The notes under the pieces were generated by a model. It was not told the origin of the DNA, made no database searches, and saw only the letters and a list, made by a program, of their open reading frames with translations. Positions 10,973 to 20,286 of a DNA stretch of 64,000 nucleotides are shown here, piece after piece (within the stretch, counting starts at the first letter, position 1; every line of letters starts with the position of its first letter). The stretch is from an uncultured Clostridium sp. (GTDB lineage: Bacteria > Bacillota > Clostridia > Christensenellales > CAG-138). Where the stretch lies: positions 3,867 through 67,866 of the forward strand of contig CAZARN010000002.1 of assembly GCA_964487565.1 (NCBI GenBank). The letters are read 5' to 3'. The position numbers were made by a program, and so were the translations under genes.

Positions 10973-12243
10973 TACCATTCCTCCTTGAGGCGCGGCATGT
11001 CGAGAAAATCGAACGTCGCGAAATAATCCTTGTTGGTTTCCGCACGGCGTATCATACGCACGCTGCCGTCCTCACAAAGCAGCAGTTCCGCGCTCCTGAG
11101 CTTGCCGTTATAGTTGTATCCCATGGAAAACCCGTGCGCGCCTGTGTCGTGTATGACAATTAGGTCGCCGTCGTCTATCTCAGGCAGCGCGCGATCTATG
11201 GCGAAACGGTCGTTGCTTTCGCACAGCGAGCCCGTTATGTCATACACATGGTCAAGCGGAGCGTTCTCCTTGCCAAGCACGCTCACATGGTGGTATGCGC
11301 CGTACATCGCGGGGCGGATGAGGTTCGCGGCGCAGGCGTCCGTGCCGATGAAATGCTTGTATGTATCCTTGTGGTGTATTGCCCTTGTCACAAGATACCC
11401 GGCGGGGCCGGTCATATAACGGCCGAGCTCCGTGAATATCGCCGGGCGCATATCCGTATTGCCGAAAACCTCGGCATAGACCTCGCGCACCTTTGCGCCG
11501 ACAAACGCGATATCCGTCGCCGTGTCCTCAGGACGATAAGGTATGCCTATGCCGCCCGAAAGATTGATGAACGCGATCTCGATGTCAAGCTCTTCGTGCA
11601 GCTCCCTTGCCGTGGTGAAAAGCAGCTTTGCAAGCGTCGGATAATACATGTTGTCCGTGTTGCAGGATGAAAGGAACGCATGGATGCCGAAGCGCTTCAC
11701 GCCCATGTTTTTGAGCTTTGCCATGCCGGTTGAAAGCTGCGCGCGGGTGAAGCCGTATTTCGCATCCGCCGGGTTTCCCATTATGGCGGTGCCTATGCGG
11801 AACTCCCCTCCGGGATTGAAACGGCAGCAGATCGTCTCCGGTATCCCGCCATGCTCCGCGAGAAAATCGATGAGGGTTATATCATCGAGGTTGATGAGGG
11901 AGCCGAGCCTTGACGCATACTCAAAATCCTCCGCCGGCGTATCGTTTGACGAGAACATCAGATCGTGGCCTGTGACGCCGATCGCCTCCGAAAGCATAAG
12001 CTCCGCATAGCTTGAGCAATCCGTGCCGCAGCCTTCCTCCTTCAGTATCTGAAGGATGGCCGGGTTCGGACACGCTTTCACGGCATAATGCTCATGGAAG
12101 CCCGCGTTCCATGAAAACGCTGCCCGCAGGGCGCGCGCGCGCCGCCTTATATCAGCTTCGTCATAGATGTGGAACGGCGTGGGATACTTTTCGATGATCT
12201 TTTCGATCTGGGCCTTTGTGAAAGGCAACTTTTTCTGCGTCAT
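10972..12243 (-). CDS. Diaminopimelate decarboxylase family (group IV PLP decarboxylase)
   Basis: YPTPFHIYDE N-terminus, AVKA PLP-lysine context, SGGIGIPY and CESNDRF motifs. Substrate not certain from sequence. Confidence 0.8.
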   Translation of the reverse strand: MTQKKLPFTKAQIEKIIEKYPTPFHIYDEADIRRRARALRAAFSWNAGFHEHYAVKACPNPAILQILKEEGCGTDCSSYAELMLSEAIGVTGHDLMFSSNDTPAEDFEYASRLGSLINLDDITLIDFLAEHGGIPETICCRFNPGGEFRIGTAIMGNPADAKYGFTRAQLSTGMAKLKNMGVKRFGIHAFLSSCNTDNMYYPTLAKLLFTTARELHEELDIEIAFINLSGGIGIPYRPEDTATDIAFVGAKVREVYAEVFGNTDMRPAIFTELGRYMTGPAGYLVTRAIHHKDTYKHFIGTDACAANLIRPAMYGAYHHVSVLGKENAPLDHVYDITGSLCESNDRFAIDRALPEIDDGDLIVIHDTGAHGFSMGYNYNGKLRSAELLLCEDGSVRMIRRAETNKDYFATFDFLDMPRLKEEW

Positions 12244-12285
12244 GATACTCTCCCTCTTTTTTGAATTGGATCGAACGTTATTTTA

Positions 12286-13704
12286 TCAGTCAAGCTCACG
12301 GTGGCTTGTCATCGTCTGTTCGCGCACATACTCAGTCCAGCGCAGGCCTTTGTCCTCGTATTCGACCTCGCCCACCTGATTGTCATAGGGATCGCCGCGC
12401 CACTGCTTTTTCGGCGGATCGAGCGGAGCCTGGAATTCCCTGTTTGCGACCATCCTGTACGGATCGAGATTGCCGAAATAATGCCAGCGGCGCTCCTCGT
12501 TGCCCGCGCGGTATGCCGAGCCGCCGAAGGACGGATCCGCCCAAAGCCAGCCGTAGGGCGCGATATAAAATCTTGTCCAGTCATGCGCGCCGACGCTCGA
12601 GGGTTCGGCGTCAAGTCCGCTTTCCCATTTCGCGGGTATTCCCGCCGCGCGGCACATCGTGATGAACAGCAGCGCCTGAACGCCGCAGTCGCCCTTGAAA
12701 TTGCGCGCCGCGTTCTCCGCTATGTTCTCAAGGCCGAAATACAGTCTCATGAACGAGTAATTGACGTTTTTGGTGATGAAGCCGAATATCCTGCGCGCCT
12801 TTTCAAGGTTGTCCGCGGCGCCTTCCGTCACCTGAGCCGTAAGCGCCTTTATATACGGCGTGAACACGATATGCGGGTTTTGTTCCCCCGTGAAGAAGCA
12901 GGGCTGCTGAGGCGCGGGGACGAGCTTTGAAACATCCGTGTAACGCGCGGTCTGAACATATGAATACTCAACGAAAAACTCCCTGTTTTCCTGCGCTGCG
13001 CGTTCAAAATACACCGTGCGCTGCGCTGCGTCCTCGGGCGCAATGTACTTTGGTTCATCGGAGAAGGATATCAGCTTGATATCGCTCTGCGCGTCCGTGG
13101 GTATGGGTATGGGTATATGCACGCAAAGCTTTTTGCCCGGCACAAACGAAGCGTCATTCACGCGCACGCCGGCCTTTATCGTGTTCTCCACGGCAAAATG
13201 TCCTTCGCGCTGCATTTTGTGCATGCAGCGGTCAAGCAGGCTCTCCCCGCCGCGTTTCTTTTTCTCCTCGTCCTCGTCGGTATCCTCACCCTGGCTCATC
13301 GCGCCGTCGCCTTTGACCGCGCGCGCTTTTATCGCGGGGTCGGTCTTGAGAAGCGTGCTGAAAAAGCGAAGGAAATATCGCGGTTCGCCTTTGAGATATA
13401 TCCAGTCGATACGCCCCGCGTCGCGAAGCGTCATAAATTCTTCTTTTGAAAAATCGGGGATGCTTTCATGCACAAGCGCCATCGCTTCATCAAACGAATA
13501 CGGATAATCATCCCCGAGGCGAAGCATCATCTCCCGTTCAACCGTGAAGCACGCGCGCAGCGCCGTGGGTATATCGCCCTTCATGCGAAGGTCGATGAGG
13601 CGCACCGCCTCGTCGATATCGCCCCACGCCTTGAGGCGTGCGATGTCTTCGGGCAGTCCCACGTTGAGATACTTGAAATTGTCATTGATGGTGGTCATCG
13701 TCAT
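12286..13704 (-). CDS. Transglutaminase-like superfamily protein (Cys-His-Asp core)
   Basis: GDCGVQALLFITMCRAAGIPAKW ... GAHDWTRFYI ... WADPS matches the transglutaminase-like cysteine protease core. 472 aa. Confidence 0.8.
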   Translation of the reverse strand: MTMTTINDNFKYLNVGLPEDIARLKAWGDIDEAVRLIDLRMKGDIPTALRACFTVEREMMLRLGDDYPYSFDEAMALVHESIPDFSKEEFMTLRDAGRIDWIYLKGEPRYFLRFFSTLLKTDPAIKARAVKGDGAMSQGEDTDEDEEKKKRGGESLLDRCMHKMQREGHFAVENTIKAGVRVNDASFVPGKKLCVHIPIPIPTDAQSDIKLISFSDEPKYIAPEDAAQRTVYFERAAQENREFFVEYSYVQTARYTDVSKLVPAPQQPCFFTGEQNPHIVFTPYIKALTAQVTEGAADNLEKARRIFGFITKNVNYSFMRLYFGLENIAENAARNFKGDCGVQALLFITMCRAAGIPAKWESGLDAEPSSVGAHDWTRFYIAPYGWLWADPSFGGSAYRAGNEERRWHYFGNLDPYRMVANREFQAPLDPPKKQWRGDPYDNQVGEVEYEDKGLRWTEYVREQTMTSHRELD

Positions 13705-14747
13705 TTATCCTCCAAAAGATCTTTCAGGCTTTCTCTCTTATGACCGGCGCGCCCTGTTATGCTGCGCGCGTGGAGCATGGAGCTTATCACGCTCTCCTCC
13801 ACGCACTCTATAACTGCGCGGAAAACATAATCCATATCATCCTCGAAAAGCATTGCGGAAGCGACGGGCGCTCCGCTATTGCCCGCCCTGTCGTGCGGCA
13901 CGCGAAGCGATGTTGAAAATGCAAGCGCGATCTCTCCGCTGCCGTTCCCCGAAATGCTGCCGGTCCTTGCAAGACCGCTCTGTACGCGCTTTGCCGCGCG
14001 GAGCAGCTGACGTGAATCAAGCGGCGCGTCCGTTGCGATCACCGTTATGACGCTGCCCTTGTCGCGCTCCGCCGCGGCCTGTTTTTCGGCAAAAAGCCTC
14101 TCGCCGACGCGCTCGCACCCTATCGTAAGATCGCGCATTGAGCCGAAGTTTGTAAGAAGCAGCGTGCCGAGCGTGTATCTTTTGCCGTAAAGCTTGAATG
14201 TTCTCGACGCGCTGCCTATGCCGCCCTTCATCGAATAGCAGCTCATGCCCGCGCCCGCGCCGACGGCTCCTTCTTCAAATATATCGGATGCTTTTGCGAA
14301 CGCTTCCTCCACATGCTCCCGCGCGATATGGAAGCCGCGTATATCGTTGAGATAGGAATCGTTGCATTCGAATATTACGGGATTCACCGTGCCCGTTGTG
14401 AGGCCGATATCCCCGTTGCGCCCGATCATGTAGCGCGCAAGCGCATCCCATGTGGCGCCCACGGAAAGAGTGTTTGTGAAAACGAGCGGCGTCTCAATCG
14501 TGCCAAGCTCATTCACCTGCACAAGGCCGCAGCTCTTGCCGAAGCCGTTTATCACATGCGCCGCCGCCTGACATTTGTCGTGGAAAATATCCCCCTGATG
14601 CGGCATAAGCACCGTAACGCCTGTATGCACGTCGCCCTCGTGGAGCGTACAATGGCCCACGCTCACCCCCGGCACATCCGTGATGAGATCCAGCGCGCCC
14701 TTGTCCATGCGCCCGAGCGTAAAACCGCAGTCCTTGTCGATCCCCAT
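13701..14747 (-). CDS. P1/S58 family peptidase (DmpA-like L-aminopeptidase/D-esterase)
   Basis: ITDVPGVSVGHCTL...HTGVTVLMP N-terminal pattern of S58/DmpA. Start trimmed to ATG 14747 (MGIDKD), preceded by AAGGAG. The ORF track start at 14813 has no SD. Confidence 0.8.
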   Translation of the reverse strand: MGIDKDCGFTLGRMDKGALDLITDVPGVSVGHCTLHEGDVHTGVTVLMPHQGDIFHDKCQAAAHVINGFGKSCGLVQVNELGTIETPLVFTNTLSVGATWDALARYMIGRNGDIGLTTGTVNPVIFECNDSYLNDIRGFHIAREHVEEAFAKASDIFEEGAVGAGAGMSCYSMKGGIGSASRTFKLYGKRYTLGTLLLTNFGSMRDLTIGCERVGERLFAEKQAAAERDKGSVITVIATDAPLDSRQLLRAAKRVQSGLARTGSISGNGSGEIALAFSTSLRVPHDRAGNSGAPVASAMLFEDDMDYVFRAVIECVEESVISSMLHARSITGRAGHKRESLKDLLEDK

Positions 14748-14827
14748 CGGTAGTCTCCTTTTGCCGCAAAACGACACATGTTTTATTTTAGCGCAATTAC
14801 AGCTTCCCTTCAAGATGCAGCGCCTTT

Positions 14828-15901
14828 TTATCGATATATTTCCATGATCTCAAGCGATGGCGAAAGCAGCAAAGTGCCCGCGCTGCCTTGATCTTTAAGC
14901 ACCGTTCGCGGATTGTCGCCGGCCATGCGCGCCGCGTCGGAAACACGCACTCCGAATGAAACGACGTTCCTCATGCAATTTATGAGCTTTGCCGTGGATC
15001 CCGCGATCGTGCCGTCTGAAAGCGTGGCGCGGCCGTCCTTAACATATACCCGCTGCCCGCCGATGGAATACTCTCCGTCGCACATCCCCGCCGCCGACAT
15101 CGCGTCGCTTATGAGGCACAGCCTGCCCGCGCCGAAAAGCTTGTATGCCGCGCGGACCATCGCGGGATGCACATGCACTCCGTCCGCGATGAGCTCCGCC
15201 GTCACGCCGGCTCGCTCCATTGCTGCAGGGATCGGGCCTGGATCGCGGTGAAGCATCGGCCGCATGGCGTTGAACAGATGCGTGACATGGCAGGCGCCGC
15301 CGGCAAACGCCGCGGATGCCGTTTGATAATCGCAGTCCGTATGTGCGACCGCCACCCGGCATACCTTTGACGCGCGCGCGATGAAATCCATCGCGCCTGG
15401 AAGCTCCGGCGCGACGCACACCACGCGCACGAGGCCATCGGATGCTTCGACGAGACGCATGAACATATCATAATCGGGTTCATGCAGATACTCCTCGCTT
15501 TGCGCGCCTTTTTTCGCCCCGCTGAGGAACGGGCCTTCAAGCATGACGCCTGCAATGCGCGCGCAGCCCTCCGGCGTTTCGCGTGAAAAACGCGCGGCGG
15601 TCCTGCATGCGCGTATCAGCTTTTCCTCCGGCAGCGTCATGAGCGCAGCGGCGAACGAGCTTACGCCGTTCCGATAAAGGAAACGCGCCATCCTGATGTA
15701 TTCGTCATAATCCCCGTCGGAAAAATCGCATCCGGAGTTGCCGTGCGTGTGCATATCGCACAAGCCGCTCATAAGGTATGGCCAGTCGGCCGCCTCCTGA
15801 GCGCTCACGCCCTCGATCGGACGCGCCTCGGCCGTTCCGTCGGCATTCACGCGATATTCGGCCGCCATTATCCCGTCGCCGCAGACTATCCTCGCTTTCA
15901 T
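14828..15901 (-). CDS. nagA: N-acetylglucosamine-6-phosphate deacetylase
   Basis: Amidohydrolase with DMHTHG and VTHLFNAM motifs and NagA-like length (357 aa). Confidence 0.88.
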   Translation of the reverse strand: MKARIVCGDGIMAAEYRVNADGTAEARPIEGVSAQEAADWPYLMSGLCDMHTHGNSGCDFSDGDYDEYIRMARFLYRNGVSSFAAALMTLPEEKLIRACRTAARFSRETPEGCARIAGVMLEGPFLSGAKKGAQSEEYLHEPDYDMFMRLVEASDGLVRVVCVAPELPGAMDFIARASKVCRVAVAHTDCDYQTASAAFAGGACHVTHLFNAMRPMLHRDPGPIPAAMERAGVTAELIADGVHVHPAMVRAAYKLFGAGRLCLISDAMSAAGMCDGEYSIGGQRVYVKDGRATLSDGTIAGSTAKLINCMRNVVSFGVRVSDAARMAGDNPRTVLKDQGSAGTLLLSPSLEIMEIYR

Positions 15902-15906
15902 GGCGT

Positions 15907-16995
15907 TCAGAAGGAAGCGATAAGCTCCGCGTCCATGCGGCGTATCACTTCAACGGCCATCTGCACCGTCGCCTCAAAATCGAAATAGCTTGTTATGCCG
16001 TATGTCGAATGGATATAGCGCACAGGCACGCCCATGATTATCACCGGTACGCCGTCAAGCGCCGTGTTTATGCAGGCGCCGTTGTTGCCGCCGCCCTCGC
16101 GCACGCTCGCCTGTATCGGCAGGCCGAGGCTCTCCGCAAGATCGAGGGTATAGCGCTGGAAGCGCGGGTTCGCCACGACAGACACATCCATGAAACGTAT
16201 CATCGGGCCTTTCTTGAGCGCCGTCTGCGTGGCGTAGGGCTCTGTGAACGTATCGTCCGCGGGACAGCCCTCAAACACGATGGCGACCTTGGGCTTTATC
16301 CTGTTCACGGAAACGAAACAGCCGCGCTCGCCAAGCTCCTCCTGGCTGGACATGGAGCCCGCAACATCCACCGCAAGATCCATATCCTTTATCCTTCGCA
16401 TGGTCTCTATCATCGCGGCGCAGCCTATGCGGCAGTCAAAACCCTTGCCGATCATTATGTCGCGCTCACGCTCGTATGTGAATTCGGATGCGCACACGGC
16501 CGGTTCGCCGATCCTTATGCGGAACGTTTCCCTGGCCTCCCTGTCCGAGCAGGCGCCGACGTCTATCACAAGATCGCGCATCGAAAGGGAGTCGTCCCCG
16601 CTTTCATGCTCGGCGGCCATATTGCGGAAATGCGGCGGCTTTGCCGCAACCACGCCCGGTATCCACGCGCCCGCCGCGTTTCTCACGAGCACCTTTGCCC
16701 CGATGAGGGAGCCTTGCGTCCAGCTTCCGAGGCCGACGAAGCGCAGCGTGCCGTTTGGTTTTACGGAATGTATCATCATGCCCACCTCGTCCCCGTGGGC
16801 ATCGAGCATGAGCATCGGTTTCCCGCAGTTTTTCTCTCTGTATATGCACAGGTTGCGCAGACTGTCCTCAAAAAGCCTGCCGCTGCCTGCGGCGTATTTC
16901 CTTGCAACAGCAACCGCCTCGTCTTCAAAGCCGGAAGGTGCTTTTGCGTTTGAGAGTTCCCGTATCATCGAAAGACAGCTTTCATCGATTTGCAT
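15907..16995 (-). CDS. M42 family metallopeptidase (glutamyl aminopeptidase / FrvX-like)
   Basis: Start trimmed to ATG 16995 (MQIDESCLSMIRELSNAKAPSGFEDEAV), preceded by GGAAAGGAA. The 116 codons upstream in the track ORF have no homology-like character. Confidence 0.82.
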   Translation of the reverse strand: MQIDESCLSMIRELSNAKAPSGFEDEAVAVARKYAAGSGRLFEDSLRNLCIYREKNCGKPMLMLDAHGDEVGMMIHSVKPNGTLRFVGLGSWTQGSLIGAKVLVRNAAGAWIPGVVAAKPPHFRNMAAEHESGDDSLSMRDLVIDVGACSDREARETFRIRIGEPAVCASEFTYERERDIMIGKGFDCRIGCAAMIETMRRIKDMDLAVDVAGSMSSQEELGERGCFVSVNRIKPKVAIVFEGCPADDTFTEPYATQTALKKGPMIRFMDVSVVANPRFQRYTLDLAESLGLPIQASVREGGGNNGACINTALDGVPVIIMGVPVRYIHSTYGITSYFDFEATVQMAVEVIRRMDAELIASF

Positions 16996-17271
16996 AACAA
17001 GTTCCTTTCCGCGTGTTAGCGCATGGTTATTTTTAAATTTAAAGCGGATGTGATAAACGCGCGAATATCGCCTCACCCGCGGCCTGTCGCAGCCTTCTGT
17101 GACGCAAACATTCATCTTTGACAGTATAGCATTCGCACAATCCGTCTGCAAGGGCGCGCCTGTGGCGCTCCGCGCGGCGGCTTTTGCCGGCTCCGCGGCG
17201 GCATGCTTGCGTATACAGTCATATTGTGTTATGCTGAATAATACGCTTAAAGAAAGGTACATCACAACAGC

Positions 17272-18687
17272 ATGGAGCAAAGGGCGCCTCATTTCCGGCA
17301 AAGATTCATCAACAAATTCATCGGAGACAGAGCTTTTTATCACGCGTTGATCGTTCTTGTGCTCCCGCTTGTCATACAGCAGGGTATAACGAGCTTCGTC
17401 AATCTGCTCGACAACGTTATGGTCGGCGCGCTTTGCACGGAGTCAATATCCGGCGTCGCCATAGTCAATCAGTTCATATTCGTTTTCCAGCTCACGATAT
17501 TCGGCGCGCTTTCCGGTGCGTCCATTTTCGGCGCTCAGTATGCGGGTCAGGGCGACACGGAGGGTCTTCGCCGCACGTTCCGCTTCAAGCTCGTTATAGG
17601 CGTTGTGATAACGGCCGCGGCGGTCGTGCTTTTCTCCGTGTTCCGCAGCGAGCTTATCTCGCTTTATATCCACGATACGATCGACAGCACCGCGTCGCCC
17701 GAGCTTACGACAAGCGAAGCGATGGGTTATCTTTCCGTCGTTCTTTGGGGTCAGCTCCCCTTCATGCTCAGCCAGTGTCTTTCCTCAACGCTGCGTGAAA
17801 CCGGAGAAACAAAAGCCCCCATGGTCGCCAGCATCGCGTCGATACTGGTCAATCTCGTGCTAAATTACCTGCTCATCTACGGCAAGTTCGGCTTCCCCGC
17901 GATGGGCGTGCGCGGCGCGGCGCTTGCAACTGTCATCGCGAGGGTGACAGAAGCCGCGTGGCTCTTGATATACACACTCAAAAACAGCGCCAAGCATCCG
18001 TTCATAAAGGGCGTGATCTCAAAATTCAACATCCCGTGGGAGCTTGTGCGCCGCATCACCGTCACCGGCCTTCCGCTGCTCGTGAATGAATTCCTCTGGT
18101 CGGCGGGACAGGCCGTGATCAGCCAGAATTATTCCGTGCGCGGTCTTCAGGTGGTCGCCGCAACGAACATCACGACCACCGTTTGGGAGCTTTTCGCGAT
18201 CATCATGTTCGCCATGGGCAACGCCATCGCCATACTTGCAGGGCAAAAGCTCGGCGCCGGCGATATCGAGGGCGCGCGCGATGAAAACCGCAAGCTCATT
18301 TTTGCCGATGTGGCGATACATATCGTGATGGGTCTTCTCATCATCGCGTTTTCCGGGCTTATCCCGATGATATACAACGTGGATCAGGCCGTGCGCGATA
18401 TGACCTCGTCGATGCTCCGTGTCGCGGGACTGACGCTTTGGCTGCACTCGTTCACGCACGCGGCCTATTTCACCATCCGCTCCGGCGGCCGCACGATAAT
18501 CACCTTCCTTTTCGACAGCGTATTCTCATGGTTGATATGCGTGCCGCTGGCGTATGTGCTGTGCAATTATACAGAGCTTGGCATAGTTGCCATCTATGCC
18601 GTGATACAGTGCGCAGACGTGATAAAGATCGCCATTGCCCTTCCCCTTTTGAGGAGAGGCACATGGGCGAGAAATGTGATCAGCTGA
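17272..18687 (+). CDS. MATE family efflux transporter
   Basis: 471-aa, 12-TM-like protein. The LPLVIQQGITSFVNLLDNVMVG N-terminal pattern is typical of MATE/NorM. Confidence 0.88.
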   Translation: MEQRAPHFRQRFINKFIGDRAFYHALIVLVLPLVIQQGITSFVNLLDNVMVGALCTESISGVAIVNQFIFVFQLTIFGALSGASIFGAQYAGQGDTEGLRRTFRFKLVIGVVITAAAVVLFSVFRSELISLYIHDTIDSTASPELTTSEAMGYLSVVLWGQLPFMLSQCLSSTLRETGETKAPMVASIASILVNLVLNYLLIYGKFGFPAMGVRGAALATVIARVTEAAWLLIYTLKNSAKHPFIKGVISKFNIPWELVRRITVTGLPLLVNEFLWSAGQAVISQNYSVRGLQVVAATNITTTVWELFAIIMFAMGNAIAILAGQKLGAGDIEGARDENRKLIFADVAIHIVMGLLIIAFSGLIPMIYNVDQAVRDMTSSMLRVAGLTLWLHSFTHAAYFTIRSGGRTIITFLFDSVFSWLICVPLAYVLCNYTELGIVAIYAVIQCADVIKIAIALPLLRRGTWARNVIS

Positions 18688-18704
18688 AATCCGGCGCATA
18701 CAAG

Positions 18705-18730
18705 AGGAGCGTCCTGCGAGGGACGCTCCT
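18705..18730. terminator. Bidirectional hairpin between convergent MATE and CatA-like genes
   Basis: AGGAGCGTCC-tgcgag-GGACGCTCCT, a perfect 10-bp stem. Confidence 0.6.
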
Positions 18731-18754
18731 TCGTTATACGCGATGCGCGCTTTA

Positions 18755-19384
18755 TCATTCGGAAAGCCGCGCGATCTGCTCCTCCATGCCCCGGTAAAAC
18801 GAAGCGAGATGCATGCCGTCCGCAAGGGAGTGATGCGCGATGATCGATACCGGCATCATCAGCCTGCCGCCCTCAGGGCTGAACTTTCCGAACGCTATCC
18901 GCGGATTCGACTCATCCCCGCACGGCACAGGCTCGATGAGGGAGGTGAAATGCACCCACGGCACGCATGTTACAAACACAAAGGAAAGCGAATCCTCGCC
19001 GTCCTCGATGGTCGGCTCAAGGCGGCTGCGTGTCCGCTCGCGTTTCGCATATTCGATGAAATCGTCAAACGGCATGTCGTTTTCAAGCCTGCAATAGCAG
19101 AAAGTACCGTTTTCAAGAAGCTCCACATGCGACGTCGGACATCTGTCAAAAAGCGATATTCCGCCGTCTTCTATTCTCATGCGAAGCTCGGGTACGGAAT
19201 TCACCGCGTTTGCCGCGCAGTAAAGCGAAGCTAAGAAAAATGAGACGCCGCGTTTTTTCGCCGACGCATAAAGGCCTGTCACGTCCACATTCGCCGTTAT
19301 GCCCGCATACGGATACGCAAGGCTCCTGAAATAATCAAAATGGGACTTTCTCGGGTAATTTTCCATATCGATGACCGTCTTCAT
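18755..19384 (-). CDS. CatA-like O-acetyltransferase (chloramphenicol acetyltransferase family)
   Basis: Colinear with type A CATs: YPRKSHFDYF, VPWVHFTS and the catalytic HHSLADGMH motif (HHAVCDG in CAT). The start overlaps the stop of the upstream kinase (ATGA). Confidence 0.8.
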   Translation of the reverse strand: MKTVIDMENYPRKSHFDYFRSLAYPYAGITANVDVTGLYASAKKRGVSFFLASLYCAANAVNSVPELRMRIEDGGISLFDRCPTSHVELLENGTFCYCRLENDMPFDDFIEYAKRERTRSRLEPTIEDGEDSLSFVFVTCVPWVHFTSLIEPVPCGDESNPRIAFGKFSPEGGRLMMPVSIIAHHSLADGMHLASFYRGMEEQIARLSE

Positions 19385-20286
19385 GATTTGCTCCTTATCA
19401 GCTCGATCGCTTTTTGTGCCGCGCCCGTTTCGGCGCGTTTTTCAAGGATGAACGGTTCCGTATCCGGCGACGCGGTTTTGAGGCGCTCGATGAAAAGCCC
19501 CCGTATACAGGCATTTTTCACGAGCACGGAACCTGTCATGGCAAGCCTTTGCGGCCCGTCAAAGCGCGCGCATACCGCCCCGGCCGTGACGGCAAGCTCC
19601 GCCGCCGCCCTTTGCGCGATCTCAAGCGCCGCCATGTCGCCCTGTTCAAGGGCTTCGTCAAGACGCCTTGCAAGCGCCGCGATATCGCTCTTCACGCGCG
19701 CAGGTGAAGTATAATACGTTGTCAGCGCGCCTATATCTCCGACGCCCGCGGCCTCAAATACGATATCGGTAAGCGCGCTTGCCCTGCCGCGCCCGTCGGA
19801 CGCGCGCACAACGCACGCAAGCATGTCCCGTCCGATCGCATAGGCGCTGCCTGAGTCGTCGAACACATGGCCGCGTCCGCCCGCGCGGCAGTAATTCCCG
19901 CGCTGCCTTGCATATGCGACCGACCCCGTCCCCGCGATGATTATCGCGCCGTCGCCATCGCCAAACGCGGTGTCGAGCGCGTTCACATGGTCTCCGACGA
20001 CCGACACAGGGCAGTATATGCCCGCGTTTTCAAGCGTCGTCTTCACCTTTTCGGCCATTGCGTCCTCGCCCGCGCCCGCGCAGCCGCAGCGAAGCATCAC
20101 GCATTCGCCCGGGGTTTCGCGTATCACCTTGCAAAGGCTTTGCGCCGTCATGCGCAGCGCTTCCGGCACAAACGGCGTCATGGCGCCGGTTTCGCCGCGA
20201 AGTATAAAAGCCCCGCTGTGCGCGTCGCGCAGCTCGTACACAGTGCCCGTGCCGCCGCCGTCGACACCCATCACATATTGAGCCAT
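19381..20286 (-). CDS. BadF/BadG/BcrA/BcrD-type ATPase, likely GlcNAc/MurNAc kinase (MurK-like)
   Basis: MGVDGGGTGT phosphate-1 motif of the ASKHA family. Sits between nagZ and the acetyltransferase in a murQ operon. Confidence 0.75.
   Translation of the reverse strand: MAQYVMGVDGGGTGTVYELRDAHSGAFILRGETGAMTPFVPEALRMTAQSLCKVIRETPGECVMLRCGCAGAGEDAMAEKVKTTLENAGIYCPVSVVGDHVNALDTAFGDGDGAIIIAGTGSVAYARQRGNYCRAGGRGHVFDDSGSAYAIGRDMLACVVRASDGRGRASALTDIVFEAAGVGDIGALTTYYTSPARVKSDIAALARRLDEALEQGDMAALEIAQRAAAELAVTAGAVCARFDGPQRLAMTGSVLVKNACIRGLFIERLKTASPDTEPFILEKRAETGAAQKAIELIRSKS

Noticed and set aside
9283-17100. Cobalamin riboswitch upstream of cobT or of the larger minus-strand array
   Set aside because: The intergenic gaps are 1-80 nt, and the 16996-17100 leader lacks a B12-box-like core by eye. 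This needs a covariance-model scan to be definitive.
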